Positions 1 through 64,000 of a stretch of DNA of 64,000 nt are shown one piece after another. The translations under genes were made by a program, and so were the position numbers. The DNA is taken from positions 3,701,816-3,765,815 of the forward strand of contig NW_019091360.1 of the NCBI RefSeq assembly GCF_001949145.1, in the 5' to 3' direction. Numbering within the stretch: position 1 is the first letter of the stretch; each line of letters opens with the position of its first letter. The notes below the pieces were generated by a model, which searched no databases, had not been told where the DNA came from, and saw nothing but the letters and a program-made list of their open reading frames with translations. The stretch is from Acanthaster planci. Lineage: Eukaryota.

Positions 1-63657
<63,657 letters not shown>

Positions 63658-63740
63658 GTAAGTTGTTTTGTCCTTCTGTCCTGAGTTTGGACTCGAAAAA
63701 AAGGGAAAGTGGAAACTTTTTACTTAACATCACTTAGAAC

Positions 63741-63909
63741 CAGTGTCATAGTCAAATCCCTGACAAGGCCAATCAAGTCTTTCCAGACCAGACACAACTA
63801 ATGGGGTGAACAATGTAAGTTCATTTGGCTAGTTTTTCTGAGTTGCCTTAAGACTGAGTGACTCGTGATGGACTTGCAGGGACTTGAGATGGACTAGACA
63901 TCAACACCG
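63741..63909. mobile_element. Old MITE, same family
   Basis: CAGTGTCATAGTC ... GACATCAACACCG; GACTTG repeats; homologous to 1460-1666. Confidence 0.6.
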
Positions 63910-64000
63910 CCTTGAACGAGGTTGAGGCAAGAGCAGACCAACAAGTTAACTTAATGAGCTCTTAAAAGTCATGGGAAATCTATTTCACCAATGACAGGGT

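Overview
Eukaryotic (metazoan) genomic DNA. The whole 64-kb window lies inside one + strand, multi-exon gene for a giant titin/twitchin-family muscle protein; neither start, stop nor kinase domain is in the window. I traced about 90 GT-AG exons by hand, encoding roughly 9,000 aa in one open frame. The domain order is 8 tandem I-set Ig domains (1-5739), then 69 consecutive fibronectin type III (FN3) domains with no Ig (6151-52549; at least one more is probably hidden in an N-gap), then (Ig-FN3-FN3)x4-Ig-Ig-FN3 (52988-63657). Most FN3 domains are single 303-nt phase 1-1 exons. The array contains a young tandem expansion (about 9.7-17.6 kb) and a three-domain super-repeat (22.6-29.7 kb, once more at 36.2-37.6 kb). 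It also shows apparent phase-0 intron gains, and two different DNA transposons inserted independently into the splice donors of two paralogous exons. Introns carry tRNA-derived SINEs, a dispersed CAGTGTTG-ended MITE family and a probable solo LTR. A ~570-bp duplication across a 25-N gap at 56.7 kb is probably an uncollapsed haplotype. A marine invertebrate source (possibly echinoderm) is my impression only. Coordinates were counted by eye and no database search was run.
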